The notes under the pieces are model-generated. The model searched no databases. It was given only the letters and a program-made list of their open reading frames with translations, and was not told the DNA's origin. Below, in pieces: positions 19,754 to 28,340 of a stretch of DNA of 64,000 bases (position 1 is the stretch's first letter; the number at the start of each line of letters is the position of its first letter). The translations under genes were made by a program, and so were the position numbers. The stretch comes from Candidatus Zixiibacteriota bacterium (GTDB lineage: Bacteria; Zixibacteria; MSB-5A5; UBA10806), in NCBI GenBank assembly GCA_024641335.1, contig JAHEDG010000005.1:27779-91778 (forward strand). The letters are read 5' to 3'.

Positions 19754-19845
19754 ACTTCCTCCTTGAATTTGTGCTAACGTTCCTTTGTCAGCATTGTTTA
19801 TGGTTAGTGCGATAAATTATCTTTGGTAATGCACCTCCTTATGGA
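19754..19845 (-). promoter_or_regulatory. fliC 5'-leader with GGA motifs (candidate CsrA binding sites, one overlapping the SD)
   Basis: The leader (minus sense) contains cauaAGGAGGug, acaaAGGAacg and ucaAGGAGGaaguuaaAUG. The last motif overlaps the SD, and csrA and fliW are encoded nearby. Confidence 0.45.
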
Positions 19846-19888
19846 ATTACAGCTAATTCAATCGCTTTAATCTCTTTTCACTGGCTAT

Positions 19889-19919
19889 ATGATCGACAGA
19901 AAAAGAATAGCTCTTTAGT
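19889..19919 (-). promoter_or_regulatory. sigma-28-like promoter for fliC
   Basis: Minus-strand cTAAAGagctattctttttctGTCGATCAtat, i.e. TAAA-N16-GTCGATCA with 6/8 matches to GCCGATAA, about 130 nt upstream of the fliC ATG. Confidence 0.4.
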
Positions 19920-19947
19920 TTATAACGTTTTTTTTTGAAACAGTCGG

Positions 19948-22758
19948 CTATCGAATGGTTGGCATTTTGCCATACTCGTCTATGTCACGCAAACGATTGC
20001 TCGCCAATTGGTTGCCGGGATTTATCTGAAGTACGGCCTTATAGCCGGCCATAGCCGAGCTGATTTTTCCCAGATTCAGATAGCAATCCGCCAGTCGAAG
20101 CAAAGCTTCGAACTGTTTGGGGTTCTTTCTAATGTATCTTTCATAGAAAGGAATGGCTGTCCAATAGTTTTTGTTGTTGTAATGAAGATCTCCAAGAACG
20201 GCTTGAACCTCTGTATCGCCGGGAATCAAAGTAAGGTATTTTTCAAAGTAGGAAATCGACTCTTCATTCTTGTTTTGTTTCATCAGGGAAACAGCCAGAT
20301 TCCGATATCCGAAAGGAAAGTCCGGTTGATTCTCCAATGACATTCTATAACATTCCTCGGCTGACGAAAAATTGCTCTGCTTAAGAAAACAGTTTCCGAG
20401 ATTATTCCATGACGCGTAATCATTCGGATTCTGCCGGGATTGAGTCTGATAGCTTCCGGCGGCGGAAGCGTAATTGCCGAATTCGTATAAAAGATCGCCT
20501 TTGGCCATTAACACCTGTGGAGCGGTGGGGTATTTTTCCAGCAGCCGGTTAACCAGCTTGAGCGATTTCTCGTTATCGCCGTCGAGCGACGCCGCCGAGG
20601 CCAGCCCCAGCAATGACGGATAATATTCGGTATCGAATTCCAGAGATTTATTGAAACATTCGGCGGCTTTATCGGCCAATTTTTGATTCAAATATGTTTC
20701 ACCCTTCAAAAGATAAATCTCCGCGTCGGTATGACCGTGCCCTATGGCCTGATCGCAGTGAAAGTGAATTTTTTCCAAATTCTTTTTAGCCCTATAGCAT
20801 CGAGCTAGAAGATGATGGGTGAACTCATAATCCCCGCGCATTTCGATGACCGTATTCAGATATTCGATAGCTTTATCGATCTTGCCGGCCATAAACATCG
20901 AAAGACCCATACCGTAATAGGCCGAAAACTGGCTGTTGAGGTTATTCAGAATAAGCCCGTGCCATTCCCGATGTTCCGAGTAGCAGTCTCTGGCGGTCAG
21001 ATATCGATGAAACGCCTCCACCGCTTTATCGTACTCTCCCCCCTTGGCGAAAACATAACCGAGGTTGAACATGGGATCGAGGTAATCCTCTTTTATCTCC
21101 AGGGCTTTATAAAAATATTCCCTGGATTTTTCGAGCTGGTTTAATCCTTCGTATCCGCAGCCGATCTGATCGAGGGCCATTATATAAACATGCCTGTGAT
21201 CCACATCATCGGGGCCGATCAGCTCTATGGCTTTCAAGGCATGTTCCACACTCAAATCGGGCCTGGACATACCTCGATAAATCTGAGCCAGATTAAAATG
21301 GGAAAAGGCGTTATCCGGATCTTCCTCCAGCTGTTTTAGAAGAAGAGCCTCGGTTCTTTTGGCTTTGGCCTTCATCTGATCGTCGGAAAGCCCGTAACCA
21401 TGATGATATACTTTCAGGGGGCTCGCCAGAGAAACACCCTCCATCTTCAGCTGATTATGCACGATACCGTCATAACGGAATTCGGGACGGTTGCGAAACA
21501 GCCGGTGAGAGTTTAAAAATCCGGTGCGTCCCTGCTGTATTTTGTTCAAAACCACAAACGAGACAGCGTCGATATCCTTGCGTTTGGCGGCGTTTCTGAT
21601 CATATCATGTTCCGAAACTTCCAATTCCTCATCGGCGTCCAGGATCAGAATCCAGTTGCCTGTGGCATAATCGATCGATTGGTTGCGATGCAGCGAGAAA
21701 TCGTTCTGCCAGGGATGCTGATAAATTTTAGCGCCGTATTGGGCGGCGATTTCCATGGTACGGTCGGTTGAGCCGGTATCGACCAGTATTATTTCATCCG
21801 CGAGATCCTTAGCGCTTTCAAGGCATTGCGGAAGGAACTTCTCTTCATTCTTTACTATCATGCAAAGCGATATTTTTTGAGGATTCTTATCTATTGTGTT
21901 TTTCAAATGGCGCAGGTTGGATACCGCGACTTCATGTTTGGGATCGATAGCGATAGCTTTGTTGTAATATTGCTCCGCCCCGTCGTAGTCTCCCCGCTTT
22001 TCAAGGGTCACGCCGTAGTTTACCAGGGCGTCGACATCCTTAGGATGTTTTTTTAGTATATTCGAGAGAACCTCGAAGGCCTGATCGAACATCTCGCCGT
22101 CACCGTATACCAGAGCCTTGGCGTTCTCAAAAGCTATTTCATGAGGATATAACTTTGATCCTTCTTCGAGGACCTCGATAGCCGCTTCTATTCTTCCGTC
22201 TTTGCCCAGGTTGGTGGCGAAGACAATCCGGCGGAAATGATGGCCGGGATCGATTTTGACCGCTTTCTTCTGGTATTCCAGCGACTCCTTGATATTCAGA
22301 GTCCGCCTGGCAGCCTCGGACGCCATCCAGAGTGCGTCATTGAGATTATTATATGTCTGAGTCAAATATGATTCGTATTCAGTGTCTTTCTTGTCCCGTT
22401 CGGAAAGAAAGGATCTGGCCGATTCCAGAGCCTTTTCGAAATCGGAAAGATCGTTATATACCGCTGTTTCCAGAAAATAAAGATCCGGATAACCCCCGAA
22501 TTCGGCTCGCGCTTCCGCCAGTACCCCGACCGCCTCGGCCGATTGTTTTTTATTCAAAAGCGACAATACAAGACCATAATAAGCCAATGCCAGGCTTTCG
22601 CGCTGACCAGCCGCCTTGGCCTGACGCAACGCTTCTCTGAAATATTTCCCGGACTGCGAGATATCGTCCTTCTTGATATTTTCCCGCGCCAGTTTTAGAA
22701 GATCCCCGGTTTTTACCGTGAGCTTTTTATTTTCCGATTTTTTTTGTTTCTTGCCCAT
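19948..22758 (-). CDS. TPR–GT2–TPR glycosyltransferase (GmaR-like candidate flagellin glycosyltransferase)
   Basis: 936 aa. The central family-2 GT motif (ISLCMIVKNEEKFLPQCLESAKDLADEIILVDTGSTDRT...ILILDADEEL) is flanked by many TPR repeats on both sides. The gene is immediately upstream of fliC. Confidence 0.75.
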   Translation of the reverse strand: MGKKQKKSENKKLTVKTGDLLKLARENIKKDDISQSGKYFREALRQAKAAGQRESLALAYYGLVLSLLNKKQSAEAVGVLAEARAEFGGYPDLYFLETAVYNDLSDFEKALESARSFLSERDKKDTEYESYLTQTYNNLNDALWMASEAARRTLNIKESLEYQKKAVKIDPGHHFRRIVFATNLGKDGRIEAAIEVLEEGSKLYPHEIAFENAKALVYGDGEMFDQAFEVLSNILKKHPKDVDALVNYGVTLEKRGDYDGAEQYYNKAIAIDPKHEVAVSNLRHLKNTIDKNPQKISLCMIVKNEEKFLPQCLESAKDLADEIILVDTGSTDRTMEIAAQYGAKIYQHPWQNDFSLHRNQSIDYATGNWILILDADEELEVSEHDMIRNAAKRKDIDAVSFVVLNKIQQGRTGFLNSHRLFRNRPEFRYDGIVHNQLKMEGVSLASPLKVYHHGYGLSDDQMKAKAKRTEALLLKQLEEDPDNAFSHFNLAQIYRGMSRPDLSVEHALKAIELIGPDDVDHRHVYIMALDQIGCGYEGLNQLEKSREYFYKALEIKEDYLDPMFNLGYVFAKGGEYDKAVEAFHRYLTARDCYSEHREWHGLILNNLNSQFSAYYGMGLSMFMAGKIDKAIEYLNTVIEMRGDYEFTHHLLARCYRAKKNLEKIHFHCDQAIGHGHTDAEIYLLKGETYLNQKLADKAAECFNKSLEFDTEYYPSLLGLASAASLDGDNEKSLKLVNRLLEKYPTAPQVLMAKGDLLYEFGNYASAAGSYQTQSRQNPNDYASWNNLGNCFLKQSNFSSAEECYRMSLENQPDFPFGYRNLAVSLMKQNKNEESISYFEKYLTLIPGDTEVQAVLGDLHYNNKNYWTAIPFYERYIRKNPKQFEALLRLADCYLNLGKISSAMAGYKAVLQINPGNQLASNRLRDIDEYGKMPTIR

Positions 22759-22781
22759 ATTATCATTCTCGTCTTTCAGGT

Positions 22782-23369
22782 TTAATTCAGGGAACGCGAC
22801 CCCAACTCCGCCAGTCGGTCCTCTATAGCTTTATCTTCCGGATGTATTGCCAGATATTTCTCATAAATTCCGATCGAATTCTCGGATTCGCCCAATTCCT
22901 CCAGGGCCTGCGCCCACATTAACAGCACCTCGCCGGCTTTTTCTCTGGTGTTTATCCCGTAATCACGCTTTTCAAGATCAATAGCCGCGTGAAGTTCAGC
23001 AAAGCTTTCGGCGAATTTAGGGACTCTGGCGGTTTCGCCGTTTACCGCGGCGATAACCAGTTCGAAATATACTATGTCGAGATAATTTCCAAGCTGACGC
23101 CGGGCGTCATAGCAGACCTGCCGGGCTTCATCGAATTTATTCTGCTGCAGATTCGCCAGGCACCAGAGATAATATGCCTCCGACGCTATCCTGGGCATCC
23201 GAAGGCTGATAGCGTCGCCAACCGTTGTTCGGCAATAATCGACAGTTATAGCGAAATTACGTTTGCCGAAACTGGTTTTGGCCAGCTTCATGAATTTGTC
23301 CAGATCGGCGGCCTGAGGAACCCTGGCAGGAAGTTCATTTTTGATTTTTGCGATTTTCTGTTTTATCAT
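22782..23369 (-). CDS. TPR-like helical repeat protein
   Basis: 195 aa with helical repeat character and no catalytic motif recognised. Confidence 0.4.
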   Translation of the reverse strand: MIKQKIAKIKNELPARVPQAADLDKFMKLAKTSFGKRNFAITVDYCRTTVGDAISLRMPRIASEAYYLWCLANLQQNKFDEARQVCYDARRQLGNYLDIVYFELVIAAVNGETARVPKFAESFAELHAAIDLEKRDYGINTREKAGEVLLMWAQALEELGESENSIGIYEKYLAIHPEDKAIEDRLAELGSRSLN

Positions 23370-23371
23370 AT

Positions 23372-23911
23372 TTATTTTCTCTTTCTAATCACCCTGGCTG
23401 GTGTTCCCACGGCCACGGCGAAATCAGGAATGTCCTTATTTACCACGCTTCCAGCTCCTATCTGCGCCCCGCGCCCGATATTTACTCCCGGCAAAATAAC
23501 GCTTAAGGCCCCGATATCGGCGCCATCGCCGATAACCACACGACCGTGCCGCAGCGGGGAATGAAGTATCGGTATTTCCGAATCGTCGATATCATGCTGG
23601 GATGTTATTATCGATACCCCCGGCCCTATTCCGACATGCTCCCCTATTTCAATATCGCCGGACGCATATATAAAGCATCGGGGTCCGATCCAGGTCCCGG
23701 AACCTATGACCAATTTACGATCATAATATCCCTTTATTATAGCGTCATGTCCGACATAAACATCATCTCCTATCTCGACATAACGGGCCAGGAATACACG
23801 GACGCCATCCTCGATCACCACTCCCTCGCCCAGCCGCCGAAAATCGCGGTCATCGCCAGGTCCGTGGCTGTTCCATTTCTTGCTTGTTATCTCCTGCGTT
23901 TCCGGATTCAA
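23372..23911 (-). CDS. hexapeptide-repeat (LbH) sugar N-/O-acetyltransferase
   Basis: 179 aa with repeated [LIV]GxxxxI hexapeptides (IGDDVYVGHDAII..IGSGTWIGPRCFI..IGEHVGIGPGVSI), in the PglD/WbbJ class. Confidence 0.75.
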   Translation of the reverse strand: MNPETQEITSKKWNSHGPGDDRDFRRLGEGVVIEDGVRVFLARYVEIGDDVYVGHDAIIKGYYDRKLVIGSGTWIGPRCFIYASGDIEIGEHVGIGPGVSIITSQHDIDDSEIPILHSPLRHGRVVIGDGADIGALSVILPGVNIGRGAQIGAGSVVNKDIPDFAVAVGTPARVIRKRK

Positions 23912-23923
23912 TTCCCCTCCCGA

Positions 23924-25084
23924 TCAACCCTTGAATTCACGCGACACCGTCACTTTTTCGTCAAGTTTCGGGATTGCGATAGTAAGATAGTTTTTTATAA
24001 CCGCGATTACTTTATCCTGTTCTTTTTCGGTTATCCCCTCATAGAGCGGTAAACTGATCAGATTGCGGTATGCCTTCAACGATTGTGGATATTGAGTCTC
24101 GTCGATCTTGTATTTTTCGGCGTAATACGATGTATGCGGAATCGAATATGTCCCGATCCCTGCCTCGATACCGTTTTCCCCGAGATACTTTATCAGCGAA
24201 TCTCTGTGACCGTCGGAGACAGAGCCGATATAGGTCTGATAATTTACTTTACAGGTACCTTGGGGTTCCGGCGGACTGATAATCCTTGAGTCGCCGAGGT
24301 TTTCATTATAATATTTTCCGGCCGTTATTCGCGCCCGCAGAACCGCGTTAAAACGCTTCATCTGCGAAACCCCTAACGCGGCCTGAAATTCTGTCATCCT
24401 GTAATTAAATCCCGGCGCCCTGAAATCAGGACCCGGATTATACTGCTGCCCGTGATTGCGAAGTTCTTTTATTCTTTCGGAGATCCGGGAATCATCGGTG
24501 ACCACAACCCCGCCTTCGCCGGTAGTCAGGATCTTCCTGGGATGAAAACTGAACCCGGCCAGTCTCCCGAAATTTCCGCAGCGGGATCCTCCCACGCTCG
24601 ATCCAAGGGCACAGGCGGCATCTTCAATTATCGGCAGATCATGCCTGGCGGCGATGCTTTGAATTTTATTAATATCCATCGGCCAGCCGAAATTATGGAC
24701 GACCATTATCGCCCTGGTTCGGGATGTTATCTTGTTTTCGATCGCGCCCGTATCGATATTGAACCCGCCGAATTCCGAATCGACGAAAACAACTTTCGCT
24801 CCGGTCAGCTCTACGGAATTAGCGCTGGCTGGATAACTAAATGCGGGTACTATTACCTCGTCGCCGGCCCTGATTCCCATCGCCAGTAAACCGAGATGCA
24901 AAGCGGCTGTCCCCGACGAGACACATACGGCGTATCGGACCTTCAGATAGGTGGCCAGCTGACGTTCGAACGTTTCTACCGTTTTTCCGCTGATTAATTT
25001 GCCGGATTTCAATACCTCGACGGCTGAAGCGATGTCATCATCCGACAAGCTCAGCCTGACGAGGGGTATGCTGGATTTTGTCAT
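23924..25084 (-). CDS. DegT/DnrJ/EryC1/StrS-family PLP-dependent sugar aminotransferase
   Basis: 386 aa; SIPLVRLSLSDDDIASAVEVLKSGKLISG...FSFHPRKILTTGEGG... matches the nucleotide-sugar aminotransferase fold. It overlaps the upstream gene by 47 nt. Confidence 0.85.
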   Translation of the reverse strand: MTKSSIPLVRLSLSDDDIASAVEVLKSGKLISGKTVETFERQLATYLKVRYAVCVSSGTAALHLGLLAMGIRAGDEVIVPAFSYPASANSVELTGAKVVFVDSEFGGFNIDTGAIENKITSRTRAIMVVHNFGWPMDINKIQSIAARHDLPIIEDAACALGSSVGGSRCGNFGRLAGFSFHPRKILTTGEGGVVVTDDSRISERIKELRNHGQQYNPGPDFRAPGFNYRMTEFQAALGVSQMKRFNAVLRARITAGKYYNENLGDSRIISPPEPQGTCKVNYQTYIGSVSDGHRDSLIKYLGENGIEAGIGTYSIPHTSYYAEKYKIDETQYPQSLKAYRNLISLPLYEGITEKEQDKVIAVIKNYLTIAIPKLDEKVTVSREFKG

Positions 25085-26027
25085 AGTACCAATCCGCGGT
25101 CTTTTTGAGACCTTCCTCTAAATCTATCAAAGGGTTGAAATTCAATATTGTCATGGCTTTGTCTATGTTGGGAATACGCAGCTCCACGTCGGCCTCGTCC
25201 TTGGGAACAAAGACTATTTTCGATTTGGAATAGGTGACGCGAATTACCGCTAACGCCAGTCCGTAAATGGTAACAGTGCCGCGAGGATTACCGATGTTAA
25301 AGCACTCTCCTATCGATTTTTCGTTCTCCAGCGAAAGCAGGATTGCGTCGGCGATATCGTCGATATAGCACCAGGAACGGATCTGATCGCCGTTGCCCCT
25401 GATGACCAGATCCTCTCCTCGTAAAGCTCTGGTAATAAAATGATGTACCGCCCCCTCGCCTACCTGGCCGGGGCCGTAAATGTTAAACGGTCTTATCGTT
25501 GTGGTGGGCAGGCTCTTCTCTGAAAAATAGCTGTAGGAAAGATGTTCTCCGGCCAGTTTCGATACCGCGTATGTCCAGCGCGCGTTCCCCACCGCGCCGA
25601 GCGATGTGGTATCGCCTTCCTCCGAACGAAACGCGTATGAGCCGAATACCTCCGAAGTGGAAAAATCCACGAACCGCTCCAGCGATGAAAGCTCCTCGGC
25701 CGCTTCGAGCATATTGGCGGTCCCCAGCATGTTGACTTTCATGGTATTAATCGGAGATTTGATGACCGTATCGATCCCGGCGACTGCAGCCAGATGAATA
25801 ACTATATTCGCCTGCCCGATATGGCTCTTGATTCTCTCCAGATCGAGTATATCTCCCCGCACCGACGCCAGATTCGGGTGATTGCGGAGTTTCTGGCCGT
25901 TCAGGCTGTACCTGTTGAAGGTATCGTAGATCGTAATCTTATTGTTGTCGATAAGCCTGCTCACCAGGGCCGATCCTATGAAACCCGCTCCCCCGGAGAT
26001 AAATATGTTCTTACCCTTGATCGCCAC
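25038..26027 (-). CDS. NAD-dependent nucleotide-sugar epimerase/dehydratase (SDR family)
   Basis: 329 aa with a Rossmann motif (ISGGAGFIGSAL), a catalytic YAVSK (YxxxK) and an STSEVFG motif. Confidence 0.85.
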   Translation of the reverse strand: MAIKGKNIFISGGAGFIGSALVSRLIDNNKITIYDTFNRYSLNGQKLRNHPNLASVRGDILDLERIKSHIGQANIVIHLAAVAGIDTVIKSPINTMKVNMLGTANMLEAAEELSSLERFVDFSTSEVFGSYAFRSEEGDTTSLGAVGNARWTYAVSKLAGEHLSYSYFSEKSLPTTTIRPFNIYGPGQVGEGAVHHFITRALRGEDLVIRGNGDQIRSWCYIDDIADAILLSLENEKSIGECFNIGNPRGTVTIYGLALAVIRVTYSKSKIVFVPKDEADVELRIPNIDKAMTILNFNPLIDLEEGLKKTADWYYDKIQHTPRQAELVG

Positions 26028-26035
26028 TGATCCTC

Positions 26036-27727
26036 CTATTTCAACAGATACGCGTCGTTGTCCTCGGCGTATCTGTGGCCATTCATTACAAAATCGTACA
26101 TCCAGAGATATTGACGAATAATCTTCATTGGGTCATGATGAGTCCTGGCCCAACTCCTGCCCTGCTGACCGATTCTGGTGATCTCGCCTTTGTTTTTCAA
26201 AAGATGCTCCAATTTTTCGTAGAGATTGCCCTCGTTAACATAGACAATCGGGTTTTCCGGATGATAGCTGGCGGCAAAATTGGAGATCCCGCAAAGCACC
26301 GCATGCCCGGCGGCCATCGATTCGATAGCCGATAACCCGTAGATACCCACCGATATCTGATCGTAGGTGATATGGCAGCGGCTCTTGATATCCAGACATT
26401 CATCGTTGGATTTACCCTCGATCAATTCCACTTCGACCGGATACTTTTCCTTCAGTTTTTCCACAGTAGAAAGAAACAGATCGGTTTTCTTAAATTGCCG
26501 ATTGGTGGGAGGATGACAAATCCGTACGACATCGGCAGGAGGAGACGCCGGTTTTATGCGCGAGATATCGCACATCATATTTATATGGTAAAAAAGCGGG
26601 GCCTTTTCCAGCATGGTGTGATCCCAGGCGGAAAGGCCGGTTATTTTATTTTCATTATGCCATTTATATATATCAGCCCCGTGAGCCCTGATCTCCGAAC
26701 CGTAATACTGAACCAGAGAGTTATTTGGCTTTAGATACTTGCCCCAGTCGAGATCGTTGAAATTTTTCGGGAAACGTCCGATATGGTAAAAATCAGCCTT
26801 TTCGATTATCTTGACCGCCTCTTCGAAATCATCGCTGTTCCCGTTGGAAAGTATCAGATCCTTATCGTAAGAAAGATAATCGCCATTGAGAATAATGAGC
26901 CTGGCCTTGTGTATGGTGTAACGGTTGAGCATCCTGAATAGCAGCGATAACTGTCCGGCGATATTGAAATCCGCGACCACGGCGATATTTTGGCCGGTCT
27001 TCTTCTCCCATAATTCCTCGGGCACATGTTTTAAAAATATGTCATCGGTTTTGGCCGGTTGTTTCTTGGTGATCGTCAATGTTCCCTTGGGCTGCTTTGT
27101 CTCTGGTACAACCGGGGCAGCCGCCGCTTCGAGTATTAGAGATTTATCGTCGGAAGGCTGGTCAACCGGAACGATACGGTTTGTTTTTTTCGCCGGGACA
27201 TTATTCAGATATTTTTCTATCCACTCCAGAGCCTCGGAGTAGTTTTCGTTTTCCCAGCAGATCTCGAAAAGATTCATCAGCGCTCTCTTATAAAGAGGAT
27301 TCGCGCCAAGGGCTTTGATAAAATGCCCTCTGGCCAGATGCTCTTTGCCCTGAGAGTGGTAAAGCACACCGAGGTCATTGTGAGCCGCGAAATCGCCCGG
27401 ATTCAGCTCTACGGCCTTGAGGAAGTTCTCCACCGACTCGGAAAATCGGGATTGCTTGCTGTGAACCAGGCCCAGGTTGTAATAAGCGTCGCAGTTATCG
27501 GGATTATTGTTAAGAACGGATCCGAAAGCGTTTTCGGCCTTATAATAATCACCGCGTTCGGCATATATGGTACCCTGGGTGTTTAACAACTGAGGGTCGT
27601 TGGGATTATTTTCGAGAAGATAACGAACGGATTCCTCCGCTTTATCCAAATCGCCGTCAGCTAACTCCTGGGCCAGCTGCTCATAAGAAATAACCTGTTT
27701 TTTTTCGGTATCGATTGTTTCCGCCAT
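26036..27727 (-). CDS. TPR-domain protein with a C-terminal GT-B-like glycosyltransferase domain (FlmG-like architecture)
   Basis: N-terminal TPRs (YYNLGLVHSKQSRFSESVENFLKAVELNP) are followed by a C-terminal ~350 aa with a GT4-like E...E region (ESMAAGHAVLCG). The start is reassigned to MAETIDTEK at 27727 (SD GGAAGAGG); the track start is 27817. Confidence 0.5.
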   Translation of the reverse strand: MAETIDTEKKQVISYEQLAQELADGDLDKAEESVRYLLENNPNDPQLLNTQGTIYAERGDYYKAENAFGSVLNNNPDNCDAYYNLGLVHSKQSRFSESVENFLKAVELNPGDFAAHNDLGVLYHSQGKEHLARGHFIKALGANPLYKRALMNLFEICWENENYSEALEWIEKYLNNVPAKKTNRIVPVDQPSDDKSLILEAAAAPVVPETKQPKGTLTITKKQPAKTDDIFLKHVPEELWEKKTGQNIAVVADFNIAGQLSLLFRMLNRYTIHKARLIILNGDYLSYDKDLILSNGNSDDFEEAVKIIEKADFYHIGRFPKNFNDLDWGKYLKPNNSLVQYYGSEIRAHGADIYKWHNENKITGLSAWDHTMLEKAPLFYHINMMCDISRIKPASPPADVVRICHPPTNRQFKKTDLFLSTVEKLKEKYPVEVELIEGKSNDECLDIKSRCHITYDQISVGIYGLSAIESMAAGHAVLCGISNFAASYHPENPIVYVNEGNLYEKLEHLLKNKGEITRIGQQGRSWARTHHDPMKIIRQYLWMYDFVMNGHRYAEDNDAYLLK

Positions 27728-27865
27728 GATCAGGCCTCTTCCAATTTTACTATTCTTGTTTTTTTCGAATGTCCCGTTGATCCGGCAGGCCGGCCATTTC
27801 GTTGAACTTCCTGACAAATGGCCTTTGAAAACGTTAACCCGGCCGGGAATTTTACTAACTGATAC

Positions 27866-28324
27866 TCAAACCGATTTGCTCATCAATCTGCTTTCCAAGT
27901 CCGCGAATATATAGTGCTCCACACCGTATTCGCTGTCCGCGAGTATTAGCTGAGCGGCGTGCTTGTTGCCGGAATTCATGACCACAGGCGCCTGAAGATT
28001 AGCCGACATTTTTTCAGGACGCCCTGCGGGAATAGTAATCAAAACAAAAATACCCGCCTCGGCGATCTTAGTAATACCCAGAACTTTCAGATCCTTGGGA
28101 TTAATGTCCACCACGTAATCAGGCTTAAAGAAAAGAGGTTCCAGCATAAGAAAAGCCAACTCGGAATTTTCCACTGATTGCAGCCATTTGAACGGCTCCT
28201 GCCCTTCCACGGCCACGATGATAAATCTCTTCAGATCCTCAAAACCGAGTATGCCGCGCACCATCAAGATTATATCCGATTTTTTATATTCGATTTCCCC
28301 GAATTTGGCTGTTTCCAGTATCAC
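27866..28324 (-). CDS. fliW: flagellar assembly factor FliW
   Basis: 152 aa; the pattern FGEIEYKKSDIILMVRGILGFEDLKRFIIV...PFKWLQSVE is typical of FliW. Confidence 0.85.
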   Translation of the reverse strand: MILETAKFGEIEYKKSDIILMVRGILGFEDLKRFIIVAVEGQEPFKWLQSVENSELAFLMLEPLFFKPDYVVDINPKDLKVLGITKIAEAGIFVLITIPAGRPEKMSANLQAPVVMNSGNKHAAQLILADSEYGVEHYIFADLESRLMSKSV

Positions 28325-28340
28325 TCTTTCCTCCCTTTGC

